Of a stretch of DNA of 64,000 nucleotides, positions 28,919-38,282 are shown piece by piece. Source of the stretch: Candidatus Binatia bacterium (GTDB lineage: Bacteria; Desulfobacterota; Binatia; UBA9968). Below the pieces are notes generated by a model that was not told where the DNA came from, did not search any database, and saw only the letters and a list, made by a program, of their open reading frames with translations. The stretch is from positions 13,841-77,840 of the forward strand of contig JBHHYU010000006.1 of the NCBI GenBank assembly GCA_046757725.1, read 5' to 3'. How positions within the stretch are numbered: position 1 is the first letter of the stretch; every line of letters starts with the position of its first letter. A program made the position numbers and the translations under genes.

Positions 28919-30062
28919 TTTTTCCCTTCGGTTTTTGGCATCAAGGCCTAAGGTTCCGATCCGAGACCTAGGCCGTGGCGAGAAGATCCTTGTGGTTCAA
29001 ACGAGCTTTCTTGGCGATACCGTTTTGAGTACCCCTCTCTTTGCGGCAATCAGAGACCGTTTTCCGGAGTCGCACTTGACTGTTCTTTCGACGCCTCAGG
29101 GTAAGAGCCTATTGGTGGAGAATCCAAATATCGACGAAATTATAACTGACGATAAAAAAGGAGAGGGACGCGGCTTGTTCGGTCTATGGCGCAAGGCCGA
29201 AGATTTAAAGCACCGAGCGTTTACCATTGCCATCACTCCCCATAAATCTTTGCGTACCGCTCTGCTCTTGTGTCTTGCGCGAATTCCGTGTCGTATTGGC
29301 TTTCGCCAGAGTGCCGGCTGGTTCTTGTATCACTGCCGGGTGGATAGGGATTCTGTCCGGCATGATGTGGATAGAAACCTGTCTATTCTCAAGGCGTTTG
29401 GAATAAACCCGGATACGTGTGCGCATAAGCTGCAGGTTCCCGTCCATCCGCGCACCCGTGAAACCGTTGAGCAACTCTTCAACTCCCTCGGAATTACCCG
29501 CAACGGGATCACGGTTGGTTTAAATCCTGGGGCGGTCTGGGCAACTAAAAGATGGACTGCCGTGGGGTATTCTGAGTTAATGATCGAGCTGAAGCAAAGG
29601 TATGGTTACCAGATCGTGCTTTTTGGAGGTCCCGAAGACCTAGGAATCATAGCTGAGATTCAAAGGCTTGCGGGTCATGTCGGCATCAGTCTGGCGGGCA
29701 AAATCGATCTTTGTGATCTAGCCGCGGCAATCGAGCGTTGCGATCTTTTTATCACGAACGATAGTGGACCGATGCATGTGGCGGTGGCATGCGGGGTACC
29801 CGTACTGGCTGTATTCTGTGCTACTACTCCCTCGCTGGGTTTTTATCCTTATTCTTCTAAGGCAGTGGTTGTGGAGAAGGCCCTAGCCTGTCGTCCGTGT
29901 AGCTCTCACGGAGGGCGGCGTTGTCCGCTTGGCACGGAAGACTGTATGCGTTTGATCAAACCCAAAGATCTGCTGAACGGTGTGGAGCAACTGCTGCATG
30001 GAAAACCTCAGGTCGGTCTTTCAGGATCGGATGTTTGCTTCCCGCAGTTTATTACTTGTTAG
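28899..30062 (+). CDS. ADP-heptose:LPS heptosyltransferase (GT9)
   Basis: KILVVQTSFLGDTVLSTPLF N-terminal GT9 motif. C-terminal region typical of heptosyltransferases. Exact start uncertain (28899 ATG or a TTG near 28935). Confidence 0.85.
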   Translation: MKRSNCSFSLRFLASRPKVPIRDLGRGEKILVVQTSFLGDTVLSTPLFAAIRDRFPESHLTVLSTPQGKSLLVENPNIDEIITDDKKGEGRGLFGLWRKAEDLKHRAFTIAITPHKSLRTALLLCLARIPCRIGFRQSAGWFLYHCRVDRDSVRHDVDRNLSILKAFGINPDTCAHKLQVPVHPRTRETVEQLFNSLGITRNGITVGLNPGAVWATKRWTAVGYSELMIELKQRYGYQIVLFGGPEDLGIIAEIQRLAGHVGISLAGKIDLCDLAAAIERCDLFITNDSGPMHVAVACGVPVLAVFCATTPSLGFYPYSSKAVVVEKALACRPCSSHGGRRCPLGTEDCMRLIKPKDLLNGVEQLLHGKPQVGLSGSDVCFPQFITC

Positions 30063-30075
30063 TTGTCTTCCTTCT

Positions 30076-30849
30076 ATGTCCACTCTTGGTGTTGTTGTTT
30101 TTAGCCTGCAAGGGATGAAGCCGCTTGCGCAATGCCTGGAGAGTGTGCGATGGGCCGATTCCATTGTGGTGCTTCATGTCGGGGAGGGAGAACCCGCAAT
30201 CGAGCCCGGCTCGCTCTCTTATCGCGTTTTTCGGGGGCTTGATGCGGCACAGCCGGTGGAGAGGATTCAACAGGAGATTCGGACGGACTGGGTGTTGCAT
30301 CTATGGGGTGAAGAGCGGGTAGGGACTGAGCTTAAAGAAGAGCTCCAAAGACTTTGCCAGACGACATCGCCCAAGGCTTCTTCCGGCTATCGAATACCTA
30401 TACGCTCCCGTGTCTTGGGCCGTTGGGTTCAAGGGAGTCTTTGGGGAACGAGTCCCTCAGTTCGCCTCCTTCATGAGGTTAGGGATCTATCGCTCGGATG
30501 GTGGGATACGGAGTGCAGAAACTTTAAAGAGGTTCCGGGGCTGGTCCAAGCTTGGATTGGGGATTATAGTTTGGCTGAACTTGATCATGGTATGGACCAT
30601 GTGCAGAGTGCTTCCGACCTCTGGATGAGCCGACTGCAAGCTATAGGCGAGGCTCCGAGTCCAGGCAGAATCGCGAAAAGTTCCGTTCATGTGTTTATGC
30701 GGCTCATGTTTATGAACGGTCTCTTTGCCGGCGGACTTGCGGATTTGACTTTGTCCACACTGGCCGCCTACGCTACCTTTTTGAGCGGTGCAAAACTATG
30801 GGAGAAAAGAAATGTTAAGGAAAAAGAAGTAAGGTCTAGGGTTCCATAG
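30076..30849 (+). CDS. degenerate GT2-like protein, paralogous to the GT2 at 41080 but lacking the DxD/DSxSxD motif
   Basis: LGVVVFSLQGMKPLAQCLESVRWADSIVVLH aligns with ISAIIVCFNEEHNIRDCLESVKWCDEIVVVDSFSTD in the GT2 at 41080. The Asp residues are replaced here (VLHVGEGE). Start moved from the track ORF (29980) to the ATG at 30076 (MSTLGVVVF). Confidence 0.55.
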   Translation: MSTLGVVVFSLQGMKPLAQCLESVRWADSIVVLHVGEGEPAIEPGSLSYRVFRGLDAAQPVERIQQEIRTDWVLHLWGEERVGTELKEELQRLCQTTSPKASSGYRIPIRSRVLGRWVQGSLWGTSPSVRLLHEVRDLSLGWWDTECRNFKEVPGLVQAWIGDYSLAELDHGMDHVQSASDLWMSRLQAIGEAPSPGRIAKSSVHVFMRLMFMNGLFAGGLADLTLSTLAAYATFLSGAKLWEKRNVKEKEVRSRVP

Positions 30850-30850
30850 A

Positions 30851-31621
30851 ATGTTTGAGGCAAAGGTGTGGGGGGATGCGCCCGCAGGTTTCAGAAGGCT
30901 CCCTATGGGCCGTAATCAGGTGATAATGATTCGCGAAGGACTAGAGAGTCTTATTCACAAAAATTGCGTGCTGCAGGGGGACCTAAAAAAAGAAGAAAGC
31001 CCCTTTTACGGGAGAGACAAGCTCTACCGCTTGCGCCTGGAAAACGGGGAAACTGCTGTGATTCGCCATTATCGCCATGGTGGTCTCATACGCTTTCTCT
31101 CGGGGGATGTATTTTTTTCGTGGCCCCCGCGTCCATTTAAGGAATTGGCTATAACCGAAGAGGTGCGTCGGAGAGGGATACCAACGCTTGAGATTTTGGC
31201 CGCCTGGATAGAAAAACTATGGGGGCCTTTTTACCGTGGGTGGTTAGTGACCCGTGAACTCAGAGGTGCAGACGACCTTTGGGCAGCTAGGCAAAGCTGC
31301 GGCTCTGGAGGCGATGATGGGGGTGCCGTGCTTAGGGCTGCGGCTCGAAGCCTTCGACGGATGCACCGGCAGGGGATATATCACAAGGATCTCAACCTGA
31401 AAAATATTCTCATTCGGCGCGAAGCAGAGGAGATCAGGAGTTATATCATTGATTTCGATAAGGCGCGACTTTTCCCGGCTCCGGTCCCCTCGGAAAAATC
31501 CCGGAAAAACCTCAAACGCCTTTATCGATCGGTCTGTAAGCTAGATTCGAAAAGGTACTATTTTTCGGAAGAGGATTGGAGCCGATTCATGAGTTTTTAC
31601 GAGGAGGCCGGGGAAGGGTGA
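30851..31621 (+). CDS. LPS kinase, Kdo/WaaP family (paralog 1)
   Basis: HKDLNLKNILI catalytic loop and IDFD motif. Confidence 0.8.
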   Translation: MFEAKVWGDAPAGFRRLPMGRNQVIMIREGLESLIHKNCVLQGDLKKEESPFYGRDKLYRLRLENGETAVIRHYRHGGLIRFLSGDVFFSWPPRPFKELAITEEVRRRGIPTLEILAAWIEKLWGPFYRGWLVTRELRGADDLWAARQSCGSGGDDGGAVLRAAARSLRRMHRQGIYHKDLNLKNILIRREAEEIRSYIIDFDKARLFPAPVPSEKSRKNLKRLYRSVCKLDSKRYYFSEEDWSRFMSFYEEAGEG

Positions 31622-32658
31622 CGCTCAATCCAACGCGTGTGCTCATTGTCCTTCACGGCTCCATCGGCGACGTAACCCGGGCCCTTCCCCTCGCCAATCT
31701 GATTCGAAGGGGTTATCCGAAAGCCAGGCTTACTTGGGCCGTCGAGTCGGCTGCCTATCCTCTAATCGAGAACCATCGATCTGTAGACGAGGTGATTCTG
31801 TTTAAGCGCGGACAGTGGTGGAAGCATTTTGTTCCCTTTCTGCAGCGAATTCGTTCAAAGCGTTTTGATCTCGTGCTTGACCTCCAGCGTCATCTCAAAA
31901 GCGGACTCATTAGCTGGGTGTCCGGAGCCCGTTATCGGCTGGGCTTTCATAGACATGACACAAAAGAGTTTAACTGGGTATTTAATAATCGGTATATTGA
32001 CGCTGCTGGGAATGGAATACCAAAGTTAACCCATTACTTGAAGTTCGCTGAGTTTCTCGGCATTGAGCCTTATCCCATTGAGTGGGGGTTCCGCTTAACC
32101 CCTGAAGAGGATGCTAGTGTCCAGCGAATCGTGGGGCGGATAGAACGGGGCTTTGCCGTATTTTTTGTTGGCAGCCGGTGGGAGAGCAAGCGCTGGTTTC
32201 CTGTGCAGGCGGCGAGATGCGCGGCGGAAATCCAAAAACGGTACGGATTAGCAGTTATCCTTTTGGGAGGAAAAGAAGATGGCGCTTTTGGAAAGGAGGT
32301 AGAGAATTCACCGTTGCTTCGGGTCTCCAATCAAGTGGGGCAGACCACCCTGCGCGAAGCCGTCGGAATACTCTCTAGGGCTGAAGTCGTTGTCGGACCG
32401 GATACGGGTCTTATGCATATATCCGCAGCGGTCGGAACGCCGGTAGTTTCCCTTTGGGGAGCGACGAACCCACTGCGAACCGGTCCGTATGGCTACCAAG
32501 ATCTGGTTGTCCGCGGGAAGGCCTCCTGTTCCCCCTGCTACCTTCGAAGATGTCCGATTGGCCGCCTGTGTATGCAGTCGATCGACATTGAGGAGGTTAT
32601 CCGTAAGGTTGACACGGTACTCTCTCAAAAGCGTCAGGTGAATGGGAATCGGATCTGA
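31618..32658 (+). CDS. LPS heptosyltransferase (GT9), second copy
   Basis: RVLIVLHGSIGDVTRALPL GT9 N-terminal motif. GTG start at 31618 overlaps the upstream TGA stop (GTGA). Confidence 0.85.
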   Translation: MTLNPTRVLIVLHGSIGDVTRALPLANLIRRGYPKARLTWAVESAAYPLIENHRSVDEVILFKRGQWWKHFVPFLQRIRSKRFDLVLDLQRHLKSGLISWVSGARYRLGFHRHDTKEFNWVFNNRYIDAAGNGIPKLTHYLKFAEFLGIEPYPIEWGFRLTPEEDASVQRIVGRIERGFAVFFVGSRWESKRWFPVQAARCAAEIQKRYGLAVILLGGKEDGAFGKEVENSPLLRVSNQVGQTTLREAVGILSRAEVVVGPDTGLMHISAAVGTPVVSLWGATNPLRTGPYGYQDLVVRGKASCSPCYLRRCPIGRLCMQSIDIEEVIRKVDTVLSQKRQVNGNRI

Positions 32659-33514
32659 ATACCGCTTCCACCGCGATGGAAGATGGAACCTACTGGTCTT
32701 TACTCAGAAATGGAGTCGGGGGTTGTGGGCGGAGGTGTTGGATTACCTGAAAGATCCAGCCGTTTCTGAACATCCGCAAATCAATCGTTTCCGTTACCCT
32801 CGAGGAGAGAATGGCGAAGAATTTTTTCTGAAGATCTATGATCGCTCCCGTTCTTTTGGGGCCTTTAAGGATACGTTTCGTGATTCCAAGGCGTTTCGGG
32901 CTTTAAGACAGGGGATATCCTTATCGGAACATGGGTTTCATGTACCTCTTATCATCGCAGCAGGAGAGGAAAGAAGTTTTAGGTTTTTAAAAAGGGCATT
33001 TCTTGTAAGTTCAGCTATAAAGGGGGTCTCTCTTCCTCAGTTTCTGGAGGAATATGCTGCCATTCCTGTTAATGTCGGGAACGTGAGAAAGAAAACGGAG
33101 TATATAAAAAAACTCGCACTGGAGACCCGTCGACTTCACCAACAAGGGTTTATTCATGGCGATCTAGTTCCGTCCAATATCGTCGCTCGAGTTGAAAAAG
33201 AAGAAGTCACCTTTTTCTTTATAGATAACGATCGAACCCGCCACTATCCCGGTTGGTTCCCCAATCTTCTTTGGAAAAGGAACCTGGTTCAGCTCAACCG
33301 CTTTGCATTGCCCGGCATCTCGCTTCAAGACCGCATGCGTTTTCTACATTTTTACGCGGGGGAGAAAACCTGGGGAAAGCAGAATCGGGGACTCATCCGG
33401 TGGCTGGAGAAAAAGACGCGACAGAGACGTGCAGAGTGCGAGCAAATTGCGAGCCAAGATAGCTTTAGGGAGCTTATGCGCTGGAAAGGTCGATTATCGC
33501 GTTATATTAAATAG
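32642..33514 (+). CDS. LPS kinase, Kdo/WaaP family (paralog 2)
   Basis: HGDLVPSNIV catalytic loop and FIDNDRTR. Confidence 0.8.
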   Translation: MGIGSEYRFHRDGRWNLLVFTQKWSRGLWAEVLDYLKDPAVSEHPQINRFRYPRGENGEEFFLKIYDRSRSFGAFKDTFRDSKAFRALRQGISLSEHGFHVPLIIAAGEERSFRFLKRAFLVSSAIKGVSLPQFLEEYAAIPVNVGNVRKKTEYIKKLALETRRLHQQGFIHGDLVPSNIVARVEKEEVTFFFIDNDRTRHYPGWFPNLLWKRNLVQLNRFALPGISLQDRMRFLHFYAGEKTWGKQNRGLIRWLEKKTRQRRAECEQIASQDSFRELMRWKGRLSRYIK

Positions 33515-33530
33515 ATAACGCATATTTATA

Positions 33531-35261
33531 ATGTATAACATTAACTCAAGATATTCCCTCGTCTTGCATCTGGCTGTGCTCGTGGGTATCTGCGGGTTAC
33601 TGTTCTTCTCTCAGTTGCCCCGTTTCCCCTTTTTTAACAAGGGGGAACCCAGGGAGGCACTAGTAGTAAAGGAAATTTACCTCCACGGTCAATGGTTGTT
33701 CCCGTTAAAACGAGGCGAGGTTGTCCCCTCCAAGCCACCACTGTTTCACTGGTCTGGCGCGCTGGCGTCCTTAGCCTCAGGTCATGTGACGGAAGCTACA
33801 GTGCGATTTCCCTCAGCTTTCTTCGCTACGATGGGTGTTTTGCTCCTCTATCTTCTGGGGTGGAAATTGTTTGACCCCCATGTCGCCTTTTTTGGCGGGA
33901 TCATCTTGGCCACGTCTGTAGGCTATCAAAACCAAGCGATCAATGCGCGGGTGGACATGACGCTGACCTTTTTTATGATTTTGATTCTCGTCATCTTTTA
34001 TCTCCTCTACCAAGGTCTTCTGGCGGGTGCTTTCTGGACCTACGGTTTTTATATCATCCTTGGGTTTAGTGTTCTGGCAAAGGGTCCTGTTAGTCTCATT
34101 CTTGCGGGTTTGATCGCAGGCGCTTTCATCGCGATAAGAAAGAGATGGGAGGCTTTATCTCGGCTCCGGTTCCATAAAGGGATCGTCCTTACGTTGCTCA
34201 TTGCGGTTTCGTGGTATGGGATAGCCTTAATGCGAGGGGGAGAGGATTTTTTTTTGCGGCAGATTATTCATGAAAATATCGCGCGCTTTTTCGTCCATGG
34301 CGCAGGGGGTGCAGGTCATCAGAAACCTTTTTATTATTATTTTCCTTATCTCTTTCTCGAGGGGCTGCCTTGGACCTTGTTTTTGCCCTTTGTGCTCTGG
34401 GAATGGTTTGCGAGCAAGGCATTTACCGACGAGCGGTCTCTATTCCTCATGTTATGGGTGGGGATAGTGTTTCTTTTTTTCTCCTTGTCCTCTGGAAAAC
34501 GTGCTGTTTATTTACTCCCGTTGTACCCGCCACTTTCTCTCCTTACAGGATTCTGGCTCAGTCAACCAGCCGAGGATAAAAGGATACGCATCATAGGGCT
34601 GAAGTGTGTGGGTTGGATTTGTCTTGTAATGGGCCTGATCTGTTTTGTTTCATTCTTGGGTATCGCGATACGGAAGGGTATCCTCGGATACCTTACCTCT
34701 TTTGGAGGGATGCTTGGTACTAAGGACCTGGCTAATCTCACCATCGTCAATACCGCGTTGAGCCAGGCAGGCGGATTGTTTCTCTTCTTTCTAGGTTTCT
34801 CGGTTATTCTCTGGACCTCATCCGGGTACCATTTCATTCGCATCAAGCCCAAGACAGCAACGGTCTGGCTGGGGTGCATCTCATTTCTTATGGGTTTGTT
34901 CGTACAGGGAATGGTCATCCCAGCTCTTGCAAAGGCCAGGAGTTATAAATTCTTTGTAACTAAGGTTCATCGTCAGTTAGGAGAAAACACGCCCCTTTCG
35001 ATCTACGGAGCGGGTTGGGACGCTACCTCAGTCGAGTTTTACAGCAACGACCGGGTTCCAGTGATTAGAGGTGATCGATTATCGCTCCTGAAGAGACTAC
35101 GAGAATCGGGGGAGTATTGCATTATGAGCGAAAGGGAATGGAAGAAACTGGGTGTATCAGGGATGCTGGCATTGCCCCCGTTGTTAAGAAGTAAGGCCAC
35201 CGGCCCTGGCGGAAAAGATCCTATTATATTAGTTCGAGATGTGTATGCCGGAGAACGATGA
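33531..35261 (+). CDS. ArnT/PMT-like glycosyltransferase (GT83/GT39 family, polytopic membrane protein)
   Basis: N-terminal KGEPREALVVKEIYLHGQW...KPPLFHW pattern. About 12 TM segments. Confidence 0.8.
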   Translation: MYNINSRYSLVLHLAVLVGICGLLFFSQLPRFPFFNKGEPREALVVKEIYLHGQWLFPLKRGEVVPSKPPLFHWSGALASLASGHVTEATVRFPSAFFATMGVLLLYLLGWKLFDPHVAFFGGIILATSVGYQNQAINARVDMTLTFFMILILVIFYLLYQGLLAGAFWTYGFYIILGFSVLAKGPVSLILAGLIAGAFIAIRKRWEALSRLRFHKGIVLTLLIAVSWYGIALMRGGEDFFLRQIIHENIARFFVHGAGGAGHQKPFYYYFPYLFLEGLPWTLFLPFVLWEWFASKAFTDERSLFLMLWVGIVFLFFSLSSGKRAVYLLPLYPPLSLLTGFWLSQPAEDKRIRIIGLKCVGWICLVMGLICFVSFLGIAIRKGILGYLTSFGGMLGTKDLANLTIVNTALSQAGGLFLFFLGFSVILWTSSGYHFIRIKPKTATVWLGCISFLMGLFVQGMVIPALAKARSYKFFVTKVHRQLGENTPLSIYGAGWDATSVEFYSNDRVPVIRGDRLSLLKRLRESGEYCIMSEREWKKLGVSGMLALPPLLRSKATGPGGKDPIILVRDVYAGER

Positions 35262-35342
35262 CGGGAGGTAGCGAGGGAAGGGCAAGAAAAACCGGCAGGC
35301 AATGGATTTACCTCCTGTGCCAGTTAAATAGAAAGGAACTGA

Positions 35343-36260
35343 ATGCCAAATCCATATATAATGCGTTCGGTTGCGGGTGCCTGGTCCGGCGAAATGGCAC
35401 CCGGAAAACGTATCTGTGATCTTAGTTGCGGAAAGGGCGGGGAAACCTCGCGTATGCTGGCGTCACGGGGGTGCCAGATTGTGGCTACCGAGTATAAAAT
35501 ACCGCCCCCGATGGGGGATTCTATTCGCCGGGTCGGAGGGGTCGATCTGAACCAATACCTGCCGTTCCAGGAGGCGACTTTCGATGGGGTTAATCTGATT
35601 GAGGTGATAGAGCATATCGAAAACCAGGCTCAGCTGGTGAGAGAGATAGCAAGGGTACTTAAAGAGGGAGGAGTAGCGGTGATCAGTACCCCCAATATTC
35701 TCAATGCTCTCTCACGTCTCCGTTTTCTCTTTACAGGGTTTCTTCGGGGAAGAGTCAGGCCGGCTCACTATACAAAGGGCCCGGGCCAAGCGCCGAATAT
35801 CTATCTCATTCACTTTTACGAGCTTTACTTTCTTCTTTTTCATTATGGCTTTGAGATCGAAGAGCTGAGGAGGACGAAGGTGAAGTCTGCCCCTGTTTTC
35901 TGCACGGTATTTCTCTACCCTTTGATGTGGCTTTTCAGTTTGGAAGCTGTCATCCGGGCAGAGAAGGATCCGCTCCAGAGGCGACTCAATTGGCGGATCC
36001 TGAAATATCTGTTCAGTCTCCCGTTGCTACTCTCCGATAATATCGTTGTGAAGGTTAGAAAGAAGACAGGTAACGAGGTCGCTCATTCGCGGGCGGGGAA
36101 GACCGCGCAGCTAGAACTTAAAAACGGATTGCGGAAGTCACGTTTGCGTTTGATTGGCGCACCTTTCATTGTGCCTGCCCTATTTAGAAGACTTCGAGGG
36201 AGATGCGGATCGAGCCTTTGCGAAAAATTTTTCTGGAGATCCTCGGGAGTAAAAAACTGA
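35343..36260 (+). CDS. class I SAM-dependent methyltransferase
   Basis: Motif I ICDLSCGKGG and motif post-I/II NLIEVIEHIEN region. Confidence 0.65.
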   Translation: MPNPYIMRSVAGAWSGEMAPGKRICDLSCGKGGETSRMLASRGCQIVATEYKIPPPMGDSIRRVGGVDLNQYLPFQEATFDGVNLIEVIEHIENQAQLVREIARVLKEGGVAVISTPNILNALSRLRFLFTGFLRGRVRPAHYTKGPGQAPNIYLIHFYELYFLLFHYGFEIEELRRTKVKSAPVFCTVFLYPLMWLFSLEAVIRAEKDPLQRRLNWRILKYLFSLPLLLSDNIVVKVRKKTGNEVAHSRAGKTAQLELKNGLRKSRLRLIGAPFIVPALFRRLRGRCGSSLCEKFFWRSSGVKN

Positions 36261-36267
36261 CCCCCTT

Positions 36268-37410
36268 ATGAAAGTAGCTCTGGCACATAAGCGATTAGAC
36301 CGGAGGGGAGGGACTGAGGCCATCTTCTTCCGAACGGCGGAAGGACTGAGGGACCGAGGGCATGAAGTGCATCTCTTCTGTGGAGAGTTTCATATAGCTC
36401 CTCCCACGGGTACTTTTTCTCATAGGGTTCCCTATTGGCCTATGGGGCGCACGGCGCGTCTGATGAGTTTTGCCTTTTTGGCTCCGAAGGTCATCAGTCA
36501 ATTCCACTGTGATCTGGTTGTGAGCTTCGGTCGGATGGTTTGCCAGGATGTGCTTCGTAGTGGCGGCGGTTCTCATCAGGTCTTTCTCCAAAAGATGGCT
36601 CAAGGATGCGGAGCGTGGAAGAAGCTTTGGTACAGGCTCAGCCCTTACCATGCGTGTGTGTTGGCTATTGAACGACGCCAATTTCGAGATGGCGGGTACA
36701 AGAAGATCTTGGCTATTTCTAAGGAAGTCAAAAGCGAAATTGTTAGTTCCTGCGGGGTCCCGCCGGATAAAGTCGTCGTGATCTATAATGGCGTGGATCT
36801 AGAACGATTTCATCCCCACAACCGGGAAAAATGGTTTGAGGAAATTCGTGCGCGTTGGGGAATTCCCTTGGAGAAACCAGTTGTGCTTTTTGTTGGAAAT
36901 GGGTTTCGGCGTAAAGGAGTGGACTTGTTACTGAAGACTTGGAGTATGGGACGCTTGCGCCAGATGGTCCTTCTCCTCGTGGGGGGAGATAGAAATATGC
37001 CCCACTATCTCCGTCAGGTCCGCTCACTCGATTTGGCAAAGGCAGTCATCTTTGCGGGAAAGGACCCAGAGGTCGAAAAATATTATGCGGCAGCGGACCT
37101 TTTCGTAATGCCCTCCTTCCAGGAAGCCTTCGGAAACGTATCTCTAGAAGCCCTGGCGTCGGGGCTACCTATTATTATCCCTTCTGGATCCGGGGCCTCT
37201 GAAATACTCGAGGGTGAACTAACGGAGGGTATCCTCCAGGATCACTCAAGCCCAGCTGAGCTGGAAACCCGTATCCTGGCGCTGCTTGATGCAAAACGCT
37301 TGCCTGTTCTATCGCGAGCGGCGCGGTCTCTAGCGGAAAGGTATTCATGGGATAAGTATTTTACAGAGTTCGAAAGGCAGATTTTGGAACACCCAGGAAA
37401 TGGAAGATGA
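36268..37410 (+). CDS. GT4-family glycosyltransferase
   Basis: C-terminal EAFGNVSLEALASGLP (EX7E-type) motif. Confidence 0.8.
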   Translation: MKVALAHKRLDRRGGTEAIFFRTAEGLRDRGHEVHLFCGEFHIAPPTGTFSHRVPYWPMGRTARLMSFAFLAPKVISQFHCDLVVSFGRMVCQDVLRSGGGSHQVFLQKMAQGCGAWKKLWYRLSPYHACVLAIERRQFRDGGYKKILAISKEVKSEIVSSCGVPPDKVVVIYNGVDLERFHPHNREKWFEEIRARWGIPLEKPVVLFVGNGFRRKGVDLLLKTWSMGRLRQMVLLLVGGDRNMPHYLRQVRSLDLAKAVIFAGKDPEVEKYYAAADLFVMPSFQEAFGNVSLEALASGLPIIIPSGSGASEILEGELTEGILQDHSSPAELETRILALLDAKRLPVLSRAARSLAERYSWDKYFTEFERQILEHPGNGR

Positions 37411-38246
37411 TCATGATAGCTGCGCCCGAGAGTAGCGAGGCTTTTCAGTCAGTCCAATCAAATAATGGCGTGACAGGCTGGGTACAGAAGGGTTTGCCGG
37501 AAGGCCTTTTCAGTGAGTTCATACGAGATCCCGGCCGTTTTCTCGATGTTCCATCCCCGCAAGTCTTAAAGAGTGAACGCAAAGTCCGAGTTATCAGGCA
37601 GACTCTAATAGATCACGAAGGAATGCCCCGGGAAGTAGTTATTAAGCAATTCCACTATTCCTCCCTCCGGCGCCGCGTGGGATCGTTTTTGACGCCGTCT
37701 TCGGCTGCCAGATGTGTCAGAGGTGCGCTGCTGTTAAAGCAATATGGGTTTGGTACGGCTAATCCGCTAGCCGTTTTTGAGTATCGAACCTGGAGAAATT
37801 GGGGCATCAGCTACTATATTACTGACGAGATCAAGGAGAGCTTTACTTTGCCCGCCTTTTGGCGTGATGTCTTGCCGACGCTGTCGAGGAAGCAAGCGCT
37901 GAGGAAAAGACGGGAGGTACTGGGAGAGGTTGCGCGGCTTTGCTACCGGCTTCATTCACTAGGGATTTATCACGGGGATTTTAAGGGGAGCAACATCTTG
38001 ATCCGACCGGGGGATGATGGAGAGTGGCAGTGTTTTCTAGTTGACGTTGACCGCATCCGAAAAAGCCGACGACTGCGCTGGTCGAAAAGGGTTAAAAACC
38101 TCGTTCAGTTGTACCGCACCCTCGGCAGACGAATGAGCATTAGAGACAAAATCTTTTTCCTCAAACGGTACTCTGAATTTTCCTGTCTATTGAGAAAAGA
38201 TCGTAAGAACCTAGCGCGTAAGGTTTTGGCTCTTAGCACGGAATAG
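37407..38246 (+). CDS. LPS kinase, Kdo/WaaP family (paralog 3)
   Basis: HGDFKGSNILI catalytic loop and VDVDRIR. Confidence 0.8.
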   Translation: MIMIAAPESSEAFQSVQSNNGVTGWVQKGLPEGLFSEFIRDPGRFLDVPSPQVLKSERKVRVIRQTLIDHEGMPREVVIKQFHYSSLRRRVGSFLTPSSAARCVRGALLLKQYGFGTANPLAVFEYRTWRNWGISYYITDEIKESFTLPAFWRDVLPTLSRKQALRKRREVLGEVARLCYRLHSLGIYHGDFKGSNILIRPGDDGEWQCFLVDVDRIRKSRRLRWSKRVKNLVQLYRTLGRRMSIRDKIFFLKRYSEFSCLLRKDRKNLARKVLALSTE

Positions 38247-38282
38247 TCCGTGCCACTGGGGTGTCAAGGGGCGGAACAGAGG

